From: Candidatus Kaiserbacteria bacterium | GTDB lineage: Bacteria > Patescibacteriota > Minisyncoccia > Phycocordibacterales > UBA918 | Assembly (NCBI GenBank): GCA_016204695.1 | Contig: JACQKD010000008.1 | Span: 33,178 to 97,177, forward strand | Length of the DNA: 64,000 nt | Direction of reading: 5' to 3' | Shown: positions 29,342 through 38,298 of the stretch, piece by piece | Position numbering within the stretch: the stretch's first letter is position 1 | How the letters are laid out: the number at the start of each line of letters is the position of its first letter | Made by a program: the position numbers and the translations under genes | Notes under the pieces: model-generated | Databases searched by the model: none | What the model was told of the DNA's origin: nothing | What the model saw: only the letters and a program-made list of their open reading frames with translations

Positions 29342-30595
29342 ATGATCCAACTAACCGAATCGTCGTCCAAAAAACTGTTCATTGCGCTTGCCGTCTATCT
29401 CACCTCGCTTTTTGCGGCAAATACGTTGGGACTCAAAATCATGCCGTTTATCTTCGGTTCGCATCTCTCGGTTGCGGTGTTTTCCTTTCCCATCGTGTTT
29501 CTCACCACTGATGTCGTCGGGGAAGTGTACGGCAAACGCACGGCAAAGCTTTTTGTACTTGCCGGGTTTATCAGTACCGCGTTGTTTATCGCGTATTCAT
29601 TTCTGTCGCTCGTTATGCCATGGTCGACTGACGGCGAATGGGCAAAACAAGGGTACAACCAAATCTTCGGCGTCTCGCTTCGCATTGCCGTCGCGTCTCT
29701 GGCCGCATTCCTTATCGCCGAGTATCAAGATGTATTTGCCTTTTTCTTCTTCCGCGAAAAGCTGGGAGTGAAAATGTTCTGGGCACGCTCGCTTTTCTCG
29801 AATCTCTGGTCGCAACTCCTCGATACCGTCATCTTCATGACCATCGCGTTCGCCGGAGTGTATGAGACGCGTACGCTCATAAGCATCATCGTCTCGTGGT
29901 GGCTCTTCAAAGTAGCGATGGGTGCGCTCTATACGCCGCTCTCGTATCTCGGCCTTTATTTCTTACGAGACAAGAATGAGCAGACAATCCCCGCACCGGA
30001 AGCCCAAGAAGCCCGCGAGACCCTTTCCCCGACAGCGGACGTACGCAAAAAGGTGAGCATGTTGTTGCTGGCAGTTACAATCGGCGTGCTTGGGACGGGC
30101 GGTTTCTTTGTGCGCTCGCAGTTGAATCACGGAAAGGAGACTGCCATAGCCAATATGGTTTACGAGCATGCGCAGGCATGGGAAACGGGCAATGAGGCAT
30201 TACTCTCTTCTCTCCTCCATGAGGATGTCGTATTCGCGTACCCGGGACGAAGGTTAAACAAACGGCAAACCCTTGAAGACCTCCGCGACTTTCGAGATGC
30301 ATACGAAAACACCAAAGTATATATTCACAGTATCGTTATTGATGGTGACAACCTTGCGGTGGAGTGGCAGTTTGCCACCACAAAGAAGGAAACCGGCACG
30401 CGTGAGGTGGTAAGTGATGCTGTCATAGGTAGGGTGGAGGGTGGAAAGTTTATAGTATGGAAGGAATATCTGGACGGAAGAGTAAAAGCTCTTCAAGCGG
30501 AAGGCACTCTCTCACTTGAAGAAGGAGAAGAACCTTTTCCTTGGCCTAAGAAGACGCAGTCAACCAGTAGTCCAATTAACCACCAACAACCATGA
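29342..30595 (+). CDS. VUT/YhhQ (queuosine-precursor transporter family) fused to a SnoaL/NTF2-like domain
   Basis: TDVVGEVYG, RIAVASLAAFL, SQLLDTVIF; then extra TM and LLHEDVVF..AVEW..GKFIVWKEYLD. Confidence 0.8.
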   Translation: MIQLTESSSKKLFIALAVYLTSLFAANTLGLKIMPFIFGSHLSVAVFSFPIVFLTTDVVGEVYGKRTAKLFVLAGFISTALFIAYSFLSLVMPWSTDGEWAKQGYNQIFGVSLRIAVASLAAFLIAEYQDVFAFFFFREKLGVKMFWARSLFSNLWSQLLDTVIFMTIAFAGVYETRTLISIIVSWWLFKVAMGALYTPLSYLGLYFLRDKNEQTIPAPEAQEARETLSPTADVRKKVSMLLLAVTIGVLGTGGFFVRSQLNHGKETAIANMVYEHAQAWETGNEALLSSLLHEDVVFAYPGRRLNKRQTLEDLRDFRDAYENTKVYIHSIVIDGDNLAVEWQFATTKKETGTREVVSDAVIGRVEGGKFIVWKEYLDGRVKALQAEGTLSLEEGEEPFPWPKKTQSTSSPINHQQP

Positions 30596-31332
30596 TTACC
30601 CGACCAATCAAAACCCGCGTTTTTGAGGAGGGCGAGGATTTGTTCGCGTTCGTCACGTGGTATCTGAAAAAAGTCCCCGAACGGCTCGTTCTCGTCGTGA
30701 CATCAAAAATCGTCGCGCTTGCCGAGGAACGGACGGCTGTTGCGGCGGACGAACACGCCAAAGAGAAGCTCATCCGTGAAGAAAGCGAATTTGCCCTAAA
30801 GACCAAATACGTTTGGCTTACGATCAAAGATGGCGCCGTGATGGCCTCGGCGGGCATCGACGAATCAAATGCGAACGGCAAACTGATACTTCTGCCGAAA
30901 GACAGCTTCAAGATTGCTCGAATACTGCGGAAAAAACTCCGACAACACTACAAGGTCAAAGAACTCGGCGTGCTCATCACCGACAGCCGCACCATCCCGC
31001 TTCGAGCGGGCGTTGGCGGTGTCGCGCTCGGATACGCGGGCTTTCGGGGTATTCGGGACTATCGCGGCACGCCGGATATTTTCGGCAGAATCCTTACTTT
31101 TTCCCGTACCGATGTTGCCGATAGTCTCGCGACGGCCGCAGTATTGGTCATGGGAGAGGGGAACGAACAGAGGCCGCTCGCGCTCATCACAAAGGCGCCG
31201 GTCGAGTTTCGTGATACTATTTCCCGCACGGAACTCCGTATAGACATCAAGGACGATATGTACCGGCCTCTTTTCTCAAAACTGCGACAATCTCAAAACA
31301 AACAACGCACACGACTTAGCAGACCTAAATGA
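30592..31332 (+). CDS. CofE-family gamma-glutamyl ligase (FolC2-like)
   Basis: VVTSKIVALAE, ASAGIDESNA, LITDSRTIPLRAG, DYRGTPDIFGR, VMGEGNEQRP. Confidence 0.85.
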   Translation: MITRPIKTRVFEEGEDLFAFVTWYLKKVPERLVLVVTSKIVALAEERTAVAADEHAKEKLIREESEFALKTKYVWLTIKDGAVMASAGIDESNANGKLILLPKDSFKIARILRKKLRQHYKVKELGVLITDSRTIPLRAGVGGVALGYAGFRGIRDYRGTPDIFGRILTFSRTDVADSLATAAVLVMGEGNEQRPLALITKAPVEFRDTISRTELRIDIKDDMYRPLFSKLRQSQNKQRTRLSRPK

Positions 31333-31339
31333 ACTCACT

Positions 31340-32617
31340 ATGATACGCGATACTGACTACAACTTCATACAAACGCAGGACGAGGAGGTGTACAAGGCGG
31401 TGATGGGGGAGGAGGAGCGACAGGCAAAAGGACTTGAGCTGATTCCGAGCGAGAACTATGTGTCGCGCGCGGTGCGGGAAGCCGTCGGCTCGGTGTTTAC
31501 GAACAAATATTCCGAGGGCTACCCGTTTAAGCGGTACTACGGCGGGCAGATGTATACGGATGTCGTTGAGACCATCGCTATTGAGCGTGCGAAAAAGCTT
31601 TTCAACGCGAAGTTTGTAAACGTTCAGCCGCTTTCCGGCGCTCCCGCGAATCTCGCCATCTATCATGCGCTCATGGCGCCGGGAGACACCATCCTCGGCA
31701 TGGACCTCTCCCATGGCGGACACCTCACGCACGGCAATCCGATGACGGTGCCGGCAAAAATCTTCAACTTCGTCCGGTACAAGATGAAAGACCCGGAAAC
31801 CGGCGAGATAGACTACGACGCGCTCCGTGAGACGGCGCTCCGCGAAAAGCCGAAAGTGATACTCGCGGGCTTCTCCGCATATTCGCGTGAGCTCGACTAC
31901 AAAAAATTCGTCGAGATTGCCCGCGAAGTCGGTGCAGTCACCGTCGCGGACATGGCGCACATTGCCGGGCTCATTGCCGGCGGCGTCGCCCGCAATCCCT
32001 TCGACGACGGCTTTGATGTCATTACGACGACGACGCACAAGACGCTCCGCGGTCCGCGCGGCGGCATGGTGCTCATCCGTGAAAATGAAGACATCGCGCA
32101 GAGGGTTGCAAAAGCCGTATTCCCCGGCCTTCAAGGAGGGCCGCACATGAACAACATCGCCGCAAAGGCCGTCGCCTTTGGCGAAGCACTGCACCCGAAT
32201 TTCAAAGTGTACGCCGGACAGATTCTCAAAAATGCAAAAGCGATGGAAGAAGTGTTTCTTCGCGAGAACGTCCGCATGATCGGCGGGGGAACTTCAAACC
32301 ATCTGTTGCTTGTAGACGCATTTACCTCCTTCGGCACGACCGGGCACGTTGCCGAAACAATACTCGACGAAGTCGGTCTGACGCTGAATAAAAACATGAT
32401 TGCCGACGACACGCGCAAACCATTTGACCCCTCCGGTATCCGTCTCGGCACTCCCGCCATGACGACGCGCAATATGAAAGAAAAAGAAGCGACCGAAGTC
32501 GCCGAGCTTCTTGTTGACACCTTGCGAAACAAAGACGACGCGGCAAAAAAAGCCGAAATCCACACTCGCGTCGAAGCTCTCTGCCTCGCCCACCCCATCC
32601 CCGAGTCGTTTATCTAA
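31340..32617 (+). CDS. glyA: Serine hydroxymethyltransferase
   Basis: LIPSENY, YSEGYP..RYYGG, HGGHLTHG, TTTTHKTLRGPRGG, SGIRLGTPA. Confidence 0.98.
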   Translation: MIRDTDYNFIQTQDEEVYKAVMGEEERQAKGLELIPSENYVSRAVREAVGSVFTNKYSEGYPFKRYYGGQMYTDVVETIAIERAKKLFNAKFVNVQPLSGAPANLAIYHALMAPGDTILGMDLSHGGHLTHGNPMTVPAKIFNFVRYKMKDPETGEIDYDALRETALREKPKVILAGFSAYSRELDYKKFVEIAREVGAVTVADMAHIAGLIAGGVARNPFDDGFDVITTTTHKTLRGPRGGMVLIRENEDIAQRVAKAVFPGLQGGPHMNNIAAKAVAFGEALHPNFKVYAGQILKNAKAMEEVFLRENVRMIGGGTSNHLLLVDAFTSFGTTGHVAETILDEVGLTLNKNMIADDTRKPFDPSGIRLGTPAMTTRNMKEKEATEVAELLVDTLRNKDDAAKKAEIHTRVEALCLAHPIPESFI

Positions 32618-32841
32618 GCCGCAGGTGTAAACAGCGCAGTAATAGGCAGGAGCGCGGGAGTATCCTTGCTGGTTCTTTTGCTAAAATTGAGTATGGTAAA
32701 TCCTCGCACGGCGCGTGTCTTCGGGTTGATTCGCAATACGACATCGCTATTCGTCTCCTGTACGATGTCTTTCGCGGACGGCTTTCCTTGCGAGAGGTAT
32801 GCGACGTCCGCTTCTTTGTCGTAGTAATAATAGAGTTTCAT
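32614..32841 (-). CDS. DUF2283-like protein (putative antitoxin)
   Basis: MKLYYYYDKEADVAYL..VRGFTILNFSKR. Confidence 0.75.
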   Translation of the reverse strand: MKLYYYYDKEADVAYLSQGKPSAKDIVQETNSDVVLRINPKTRAVRGFTILNFSKRTSKDTPALLPITALFTPAA

Positions 32842-33152
32842 GATTGTTGTATGTTGCGCGTAAGGTACGCGGTGAGAATAAAATTGCGATGATTTGTCTT
32901 TACCACGACCGCGAGGTACTTTCCTTGCGAAATCATGCGGTAGAGGATGAAGACCTTTGGGTCAAAGCGGGAGCGGCGGATGACTTCCGGCTCGGCAAGC
33001 GTCGCGTTCACATGCTTACGCTGACCACGCACCTCCGGATGGAACAACACGATGTGCTTTTCCCGTTCGGCAGTCAGCTCAATCGTACCGAAAGGGGAAA
33101 CAAACCGCTCCTTAATCCAATAGTATGGACAGTGAGTGTTGTTGTCAAACAC
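32838..33152 (-). CDS. RelE/Barnase-fold-like putative toxin; start uncertain
   Basis: IELTAEREKHI..HPE..TLAEPEVIRRS..KYLAVVVK..FILTAY; overlaps the DUF2283 gene by 4 nt. Confidence 0.65.
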   Translation of the reverse strand: MFDNNTHCPYYWIKERFVSPFGTIELTAEREKHIVLFHPEVRGQRKHVNATLAEPEVIRRSRFDPKVFILYRMISQGKYLAVVVKTNHRNFILTAYLTRNIQQS

Positions 33153-33219
33153 TAGATGAGAAAGACTGCCAACCTAGGCTGTAGTAGAGCCGTATTTCCG
33201 TCGCTTCAAACCGGCGAGC

Positions 33220-33248
33220 TTGACAGACTGCTTTATCCATGCTACTCT
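33220..33248 (+). promoter_or_regulatory. Sigma70 promoter
   Basis: TTGACA-17 nt-TACTCT. Confidence 0.7.
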
Positions 33249-33294
33249 CGCGACAGTTTTTGAGGGGTTCTTCAAAACCCAATCATTTTTCTTG

Positions 33295-33451
33295 CACTTC
33301 CTATTTCAGCGAGGCATTGAGTCCCGAATCATTTCGAGATTGAATGCCTTGCTGAAGAACAGGCAAGGAAACTATCCGGCGCAAACATGCGTACGGAGCG
33401 GCAGAGGACATCTTATGCCTCGCGCGAGGCGTGAGGGGTAAGGAGAAGCAG
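33295..33451 (+). ncRNA. Structured leader motif, copy 1
   Basis: 27-nt identity with 34111-34137, long hairpin TTCAGCGAGGCATT / AATGCCTTGCTGAA, two more stems, AAGGAG SD. Confidence 0.6.
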
Positions 33452-33931
33452 ATGGCTACGACAAAATCTTACACTTCGGTTGAAGATTTTTCCCACGCTG
33501 CTCCCGGGCAGCACGTTCATTGCCAGAACACCAAAACTGGGTCTTCTTTTACCGAAGATTCACACTCGATCCGCGAGCAAAGGAACATTTTTCTCATTCC
33601 TTCCGGGATGGCGTTGCCGTCACGGGTATGGCTGTACCTTTGTGATTGCGCGGAGGGTGATTCTCCACGCAGCCGAATCCTGTGGGAGGATGATGTGCCG
33701 CACAGCGGGCTGCATCCCGAACCACGAAGGGGATGCAGGCGCTGCGAGGAGATTTTTTTTGACGGGGATGGGCATCCGAAGTCAGAGGTGCTCGTGGCAT
33801 TCGCCGGCGGTGGCGATGCCAACGGGGACCCTCTTCCTGCGGAGATGAGTGCGGCCGTGAGGACGCACATCCGGCGGTGCGGAAAGTGCACCACGGAGTT
33901 TGCTGCCTTACAGGAAACTCCGGTAGACTAG
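33452..33931 (+). CDS. Orphan Cys/His-rich protein
   Basis: Strong SD; CRRC and HIRRCGKC (zf-HC2-like) motifs. Confidence 0.55.
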   Translation: MATTKSYTSVEDFSHAAPGQHVHCQNTKTGSSFTEDSHSIREQRNIFLIPSGMALPSRVWLYLCDCAEGDSPRSRILWEDDVPHSGLHPEPRRGCRRCEEIFFDGDGHPKSEVLVAFAGGGDANGDPLPAEMSAAVRTHIRRCGKCTTEFAALQETPVD

Positions 33932-34037
33932 ATTTTCCAAGCAATCCTCGCGGCTAAAAGACGAGGCGATCTCGAGGTAACCTTGATCCTTGAGACTTGT
34001 ACGCAAAGGCATAGTTGTGGGTCACCTTTAAACCCTC

Positions 34038-34090
34038 TCTGTTTCGCGGATGTGTATCCGCGCTGATGACGCCGAAAGGCAGAAAGCAGA
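34038..34090 (+). ncRNA. Hammerhead ribozyme (type III topology), near-canonical
   Basis: Stem III TCTGTT/AGCAGA, H17=T34044, stem I CGCGGAT/ATCCGCG, CTGATGA core, stem II GCC-GAAA-GGC, GAAA. Confidence 0.7.
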
Positions 34091-34110
34091 AAAGTTTTTC
34101 AAAACTGAAT

Positions 34111-34261
34111 CACTTCCTATTTCAGCGAGGCATTGAGGGTATCAACTAGTTGGTATTTTCAATGTCTCGCTGAAGAGCGGACAAAGTCGAAACCGCCCCA
34201 ATCCTGGGGCATGGCGAGGATCCTCCCGGCGCATAGCGCGGGAGCAGCAAAGGAGAGAGAA
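34111..34261 (+). ncRNA. Structured leader motif, copy 2
   Basis: TTCAGCGAGGCATTGA / TCAATGTCTCGCTGAA hairpin, same downstream layout, AAGGAG SD. Confidence 0.6.
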
Positions 34262-34558
34262 GTGAAAACCAATCAATACTTGGAAGAAGTCATTTTTGGT
34301 CGGCCCAATCCCTCTTACGCCGGGAAGGTTCCGGCAATTCGTGAGGCGGTGGCAGAAGCCAGCCACCCCGGGGAACTCGCCGATATGCTGTCGGTGATTC
34401 TCGTCACCAACTCCTCGCCTGGGGCGAGTGAGCTGGCAATGGCGATCTCTAGCTCCATCGGCCAGTCCAACGGAATTGGAGTCCCTGAGGATTGGCCGCC
34501 GGAGTGGGACTCCCGGCGGGTGGAGTACCGCCGCCGCTACTTTCAGCGGCAAAAGTAG
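34262..34558 (+). CDS. Orphan hypothetical protein (98 aa)
   Basis: GTG start after AAGGAG; followed by CGCGCA/TGCGCG hairpin plus T7. Confidence 0.5.
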   Translation: MKTNQYLEEVIFGRPNPSYAGKVPAIREAVAEASHPGELADMLSVILVTNSSPGASELAMAISSSIGQSNGIGVPEDWPPEWDSRRVEYRRRYFQRQK

Positions 34559-34706
34559 TTTGGTAATTGCCCCAAGTCCTGCTTTGTTCCGAGCGTGTAC
34601 GCTCTCTCGTACACCGCGCAGGTCTGTATGATTGCGCGTTTTTTTATTTCATCTTTCACAAATCGATATCGGAAACCTCTTTCAGTAAGATACAATACTC
34701 ATACCT

Positions 34707-35834
34707 ATGGACTTCATTGAGCGGCTTTCCGCACGGTATCCGAGTTTGAGGCGTCTGCCCCTGCATCACGTGCAGAAGCATTGGCTCACCATCTCGTTCT
34801 TCTTCGGCGTCATCGTTGATAATCTCACTTTGAGCCGCGTCGATAAGGTGCTCGACAATGTCGCGCTCGCGTCGTACGTCATTCTCGCGATGGCGAGCCT
34901 GCTTATCATGTATGCGGCGACGGCGGGCAAATTGCCGCAAAAGATTCTGGAGAACTATCAACAGTTCGTGCGCGAATGGTCGGAGGTCGCTCTGCAGTTC
35001 GTCTTCGGCAATCTCTTAAGCGGCCTCCTGGTCTTCTATAGCCGGAGCGGTTCGTGGTGGGCGAGCTGGCCGTTTCTCCTTGTCATTCTCGGGGTCATGG
35101 TCGGCAACGAGCGGCTGACGCGCCGGGGGGAGCGTCTGCTCCTCAATCTCGCCATGCTTTTCGTCGGGCTTTTTTCATACGTGGCGCTCATCGTGCCGGT
35201 CGTCATGGGCAAGATGGGGGCATGGATATTTGTGCTCTCCGGAGTGATTGCACTTGTCGTGATGTACGGCTTCGTGCGTCTCTTGGCGCTCGTGGTGCCC
35301 AATTTCATGCGGGCGAATATGCGCATGGTCGCCTTTACGCTCATGCTGGCGTACGTCGTGCTCAATTTTCTCTATTTCACCAACATCATCCCGCCGATTC
35401 CGCTTTCACTCAAAGAGCTCGGCGCGTATCACAATGTCGAGAAGCTTGAGAACGGCAGTTACGCGCTCACCTACGAAAAAGGGAAATGGTACGAGCTGTG
35501 GAAAAATTCCGACACGACGTTTCATTATCAAACCGGCGACATGCTCTACTGCTTTGCATCGGTCTTTGCGCCGACGCGGCTTTCGGTCGAGATATTTCAC
35601 CGCTGGGAATACTATGTGCCGGAAGACCACGAGTGGCGCACGCACAGCCGGCTCTCCTATGGCATCGAGGGCGGCCGCGGCGAGGGCTACCGCGGATACA
35701 GCTGGGTGCGGCATCCGACCCCGGGCACATGGCGCTGTACGGTCGAGACCGACCGCAAGCAGGTGCTCGGCAGTGAGACGTTTGAGGTGGTGGAAGGACA
35801 GGTGCCAATAGGGCTCGTGACAGAGCTACGCTAG
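34707..35834 (+). CDS. DUF2914-domain membrane protein
   Basis: Multi-TM N-terminus; C-terminal YCFASVFAP..IFHRW..GGRGEGYRGYS..GTWRCTVET. Confidence 0.8.
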   Translation: MDFIERLSARYPSLRRLPLHHVQKHWLTISFFFGVIVDNLTLSRVDKVLDNVALASYVILAMASLLIMYAATAGKLPQKILENYQQFVREWSEVALQFVFGNLLSGLLVFYSRSGSWWASWPFLLVILGVMVGNERLTRRGERLLLNLAMLFVGLFSYVALIVPVVMGKMGAWIFVLSGVIALVVMYGFVRLLALVVPNFMRANMRMVAFTLMLAYVVLNFLYFTNIIPPIPLSLKELGAYHNVEKLENGSYALTYEKGKWYELWKNSDTTFHYQTGDMLYCFASVFAPTRLSVEIFHRWEYYVPEDHEWRTHSRLSYGIEGGRGEGYRGYSWVRHPTPGTWRCTVETDRKQVLGSETFEVVEGQVPIGLVTELR

Positions 35835-35958
35835 AAACCGCCTAAAAAGTCCATCTGCGTTGTTGCGGAGCCTCTGCGTCTCGGTCGCCGTATTATTCAT
35901 ACGTCTTCCTCACCGCTTTCTCCGCGCCCAGCATCTGGAGCTTTTAAGACGGTTTCTG
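35832..35958. mobile_element. Family B MITE-like element on a stop codon
   Basis: IR TAGAAACCGCCTAAAAAG / CTTTTAAGACGGTTTCTG; same core as 22886-23015. Confidence 0.75.
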
Positions 35959-36001
35959 ATTTTGCTTTTGGATATATTTTGCGTATGCTTTGGAAGTCGG
36001 T

Positions 36002-37717
36002 ATGCAAGAGCGGATTCGCAAGGCAATAACAGAGGCGCTGGAGACACTCGGGATGTCGGGTGTGGATTTTTCCGTGGAGCATCCGGGGGAGCTTGAGCAT
36101 GGGGATTATGCGAGCAATGTGGCGATGGTGGTAGCGAAGCAAGCAGGAGAGAATCCGCGAGAATGCGCTCTGCGCATTCTCGCGGAACTTGAGAAACACA
36201 AGCCCGCCGAAGTCGAAAAAGTGGAGATTGCCGGTCCGGGATTCATCAACTTTCATCTCTCGCGAACGTTTTTTTCCGACCAAGTCAAAGAGGTTTTGGA
36301 TAAGAGGGATGACTGGGGAAAGAACAACACGCTTGCCGGAAAACGAGTGATGGTGGAATACACCGACCCGAATCCGTTCAAGGTATTTCATATCGGACAT
36401 CTGATGACCAATATCATCGGCGAGTCAATCGCATGTCTGTCTGAATTTGGCGGCGCGGAAGTGAAGCGCGCCAACTACTATGGCGATGTCGGTATTCATA
36501 TCGCCAAGGCGATATGGGGTATGTTGGAGACGAAAAGTCAGATGCCGAAAGACGACGCGCCGCTTGCAGTGAAAACCAAATATCTCGGCGATGCCTACGC
36601 ACTCGGCTCAAAGCGCTTCGACGAAGACAAAGCAGTCGGGGAAGAGATCAAGACACTCAACAAGAAAATATACGAACGCTCCGACGAGGCGATAAACGCG
36701 CTCTATGATGCGGGAAAGCAATGGAGTCTTGATCATTTTGAAACGATTTACCAAACGCTTGGCACGCGCTTTGATTTTTATTTTCCCGAGAGTGAAGTCG
36801 GCGGGTTGGGACAAGAAGTGGTGAGAAAGAATCTGGGCCCGATCTTTGAAGAAAGCGACGGTGCAGTCGTCTTTCATGCGGAAAAACATGATGATAAGTT
36901 GCATACCCGCGTGTTTCTTAACTCACAAGGACTTCCGACATACGAAGCCAAAGAACTTGCGTTGGCGAAGATTAAGTACGACCATTATCCATACGATCTT
37001 TCCGTTATCGTTACCGCAAATGAGATAGAGGTGTATTTCAAGGTGCTGATCGCTGCCATGAATCTCGTCTTTCCCGAGCTCGCGCCGAAGACGCTCCATA
37101 AGCCACATGGCATGCTCCGGCTCCCGACCGGCAAAATGTCTTCGCGCACCGGAAATATCATCACCGGCGAATCGCTTCTGAATGACTCGATCGCGCTCGC
37201 CGAGTCGAAGATGCAGGAAGCGGGGAGGAATCTTGGGGACGAGAGAGAAAAGGTTGCAGTCACTGTCGGCGTGGGAGCGCTGAAGTATGCGATCCTCAAA
37301 CAGGCGATCGGCAAAAATATTATCTATGATGCCGAGAAATCGTTTTCATTCGAAGGCGATTCGGGACCCTATTTGCAATACACGCATGCACGCATCGCTT
37401 CGATACTTCGAAAAGCCGAGGCGGAAGGGGTCGTTCCGTCGGCTACCATCGCGCCCGGCGGTATCTCTACAGTTGAGCATGTGTTGAATCGATTTTCGTT
37501 TGCCATCAAACGGGCACAGACAGAATACGAGCCGCACTACGTCGTGACCTATCTCACCGAGCTTGCGGGCGCGTTCAATAGTTGGTACGCGCAGGAACAG
37601 ATCGTGAATAAGGAGGACAAATATTCTCCGTACAAAGTCGCTGTCGCGCAAGCGGTCGCACAAACCCTCAAAAACGGTCTCTGGTGCCTCGGCATCAAAG
37701 CTCCGGAGAAGATGTGA
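36002..37717 (+). CDS. argS: Arginine--tRNA ligase
   Basis: HGDYASN, AGPGFINF, PNPFKVFHIGH, KMSSRTG, EGDSGPYLQYTHAR. Confidence 0.97.
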   Translation: MQERIRKAITEALETLGMSGVDFSVEHPGELEHGDYASNVAMVVAKQAGENPRECALRILAELEKHKPAEVEKVEIAGPGFINFHLSRTFFSDQVKEVLDKRDDWGKNNTLAGKRVMVEYTDPNPFKVFHIGHLMTNIIGESIACLSEFGGAEVKRANYYGDVGIHIAKAIWGMLETKSQMPKDDAPLAVKTKYLGDAYALGSKRFDEDKAVGEEIKTLNKKIYERSDEAINALYDAGKQWSLDHFETIYQTLGTRFDFYFPESEVGGLGQEVVRKNLGPIFEESDGAVVFHAEKHDDKLHTRVFLNSQGLPTYEAKELALAKIKYDHYPYDLSVIVTANEIEVYFKVLIAAMNLVFPELAPKTLHKPHGMLRLPTGKMSSRTGNIITGESLLNDSIALAESKMQEAGRNLGDEREKVAVTVGVGALKYAILKQAIGKNIIYDAEKSFSFEGDSGPYLQYTHARIASILRKAEAEGVVPSATIAPGGISTVEHVLNRFSFAIKRAQTEYEPHYVVTYLTELAGAFNSWYAQEQIVNKEDKYSPYKVAVAQAVAQTLKNGLWCLGIKAPEKM

Positions 37718-37765
37718 CGCTTTCGCGCCGTTATGAGAACACCCTGCTTTCCAAAGCAAGGTGTG

Positions 37766-38185
37766 TTAGGGGTCGCGTTCTTTCAGTCGGTCGTAAATCT
37801 CCCGCCATGTCACCGTCTCCATGGCTTCGGGCGGGAAGCCGAGCGTTATGGCGAGCGTTCTCCGGTTCGCCTCATCCCTGCACTGCAAGAGCCCGGCTTC
37901 AATGTCGAGCGAGCCGGGACAGTCCCGGACGAGCTCCTCGCGTGCTCGCTCGTACGTTGCGCCCGACTCTTTTCTCATCTCAGGAAGCGCGCGTTCAAGC
38001 AATTCCTTTCTACGACTGCGGAGCTCGTCCGACCCTACGATTATCCGCGGTGGTGGGACGAATTTCTCCATGTATGGCATCGCTTGCGGATGGTCGCCGG
38101 GATTGCTCCACCGCTCTCTTCCCACAAGGAAAATTGTAAGAAGCATCAACACTCCCGACAACACCGAGAACACCAATCCTTTCAT
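37766..38185 (-). CDS. Orphan secreted or membrane-anchored protein
   Basis: AAGGAG SD, N-terminal hydrophobic segment, 139 aa. Confidence 0.5.
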   Translation of the reverse strand: MKGLVFSVLSGVLMLLTIFLVGRERWSNPGDHPQAMPYMEKFVPPPRIIVGSDELRSRRKELLERALPEMRKESGATYERAREELVRDCPGSLDIEAGLLQCRDEANRRTLAITLGFPPEAMETVTWREIYDRLKERDP

Positions 38186-38298
38186 GCCTCGTCTCCTTCT
38201 CTAAAGGCCAAGGAACTTGAGACAAGTGTTACCAAAGCACCACATCGTATCCTTGTCAATTGTGCGTGGACGGTCCTGTGACGTTTCTAAACATTCAA

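Noticed and set aside
33295-34137. CRISPR array from the 27-bp direct repeat
   Set aside because: Only two copies 816 bp apart and no cas genes; no CRISPR array was seen anywhere in the window.
33350-34195. CTGAAGA...GAAAC in both leader copies as additional hammerheads
   Set aside because: No NUH site with compatible stems I and III; CTGAA pairs better with the upstream TTCAG.
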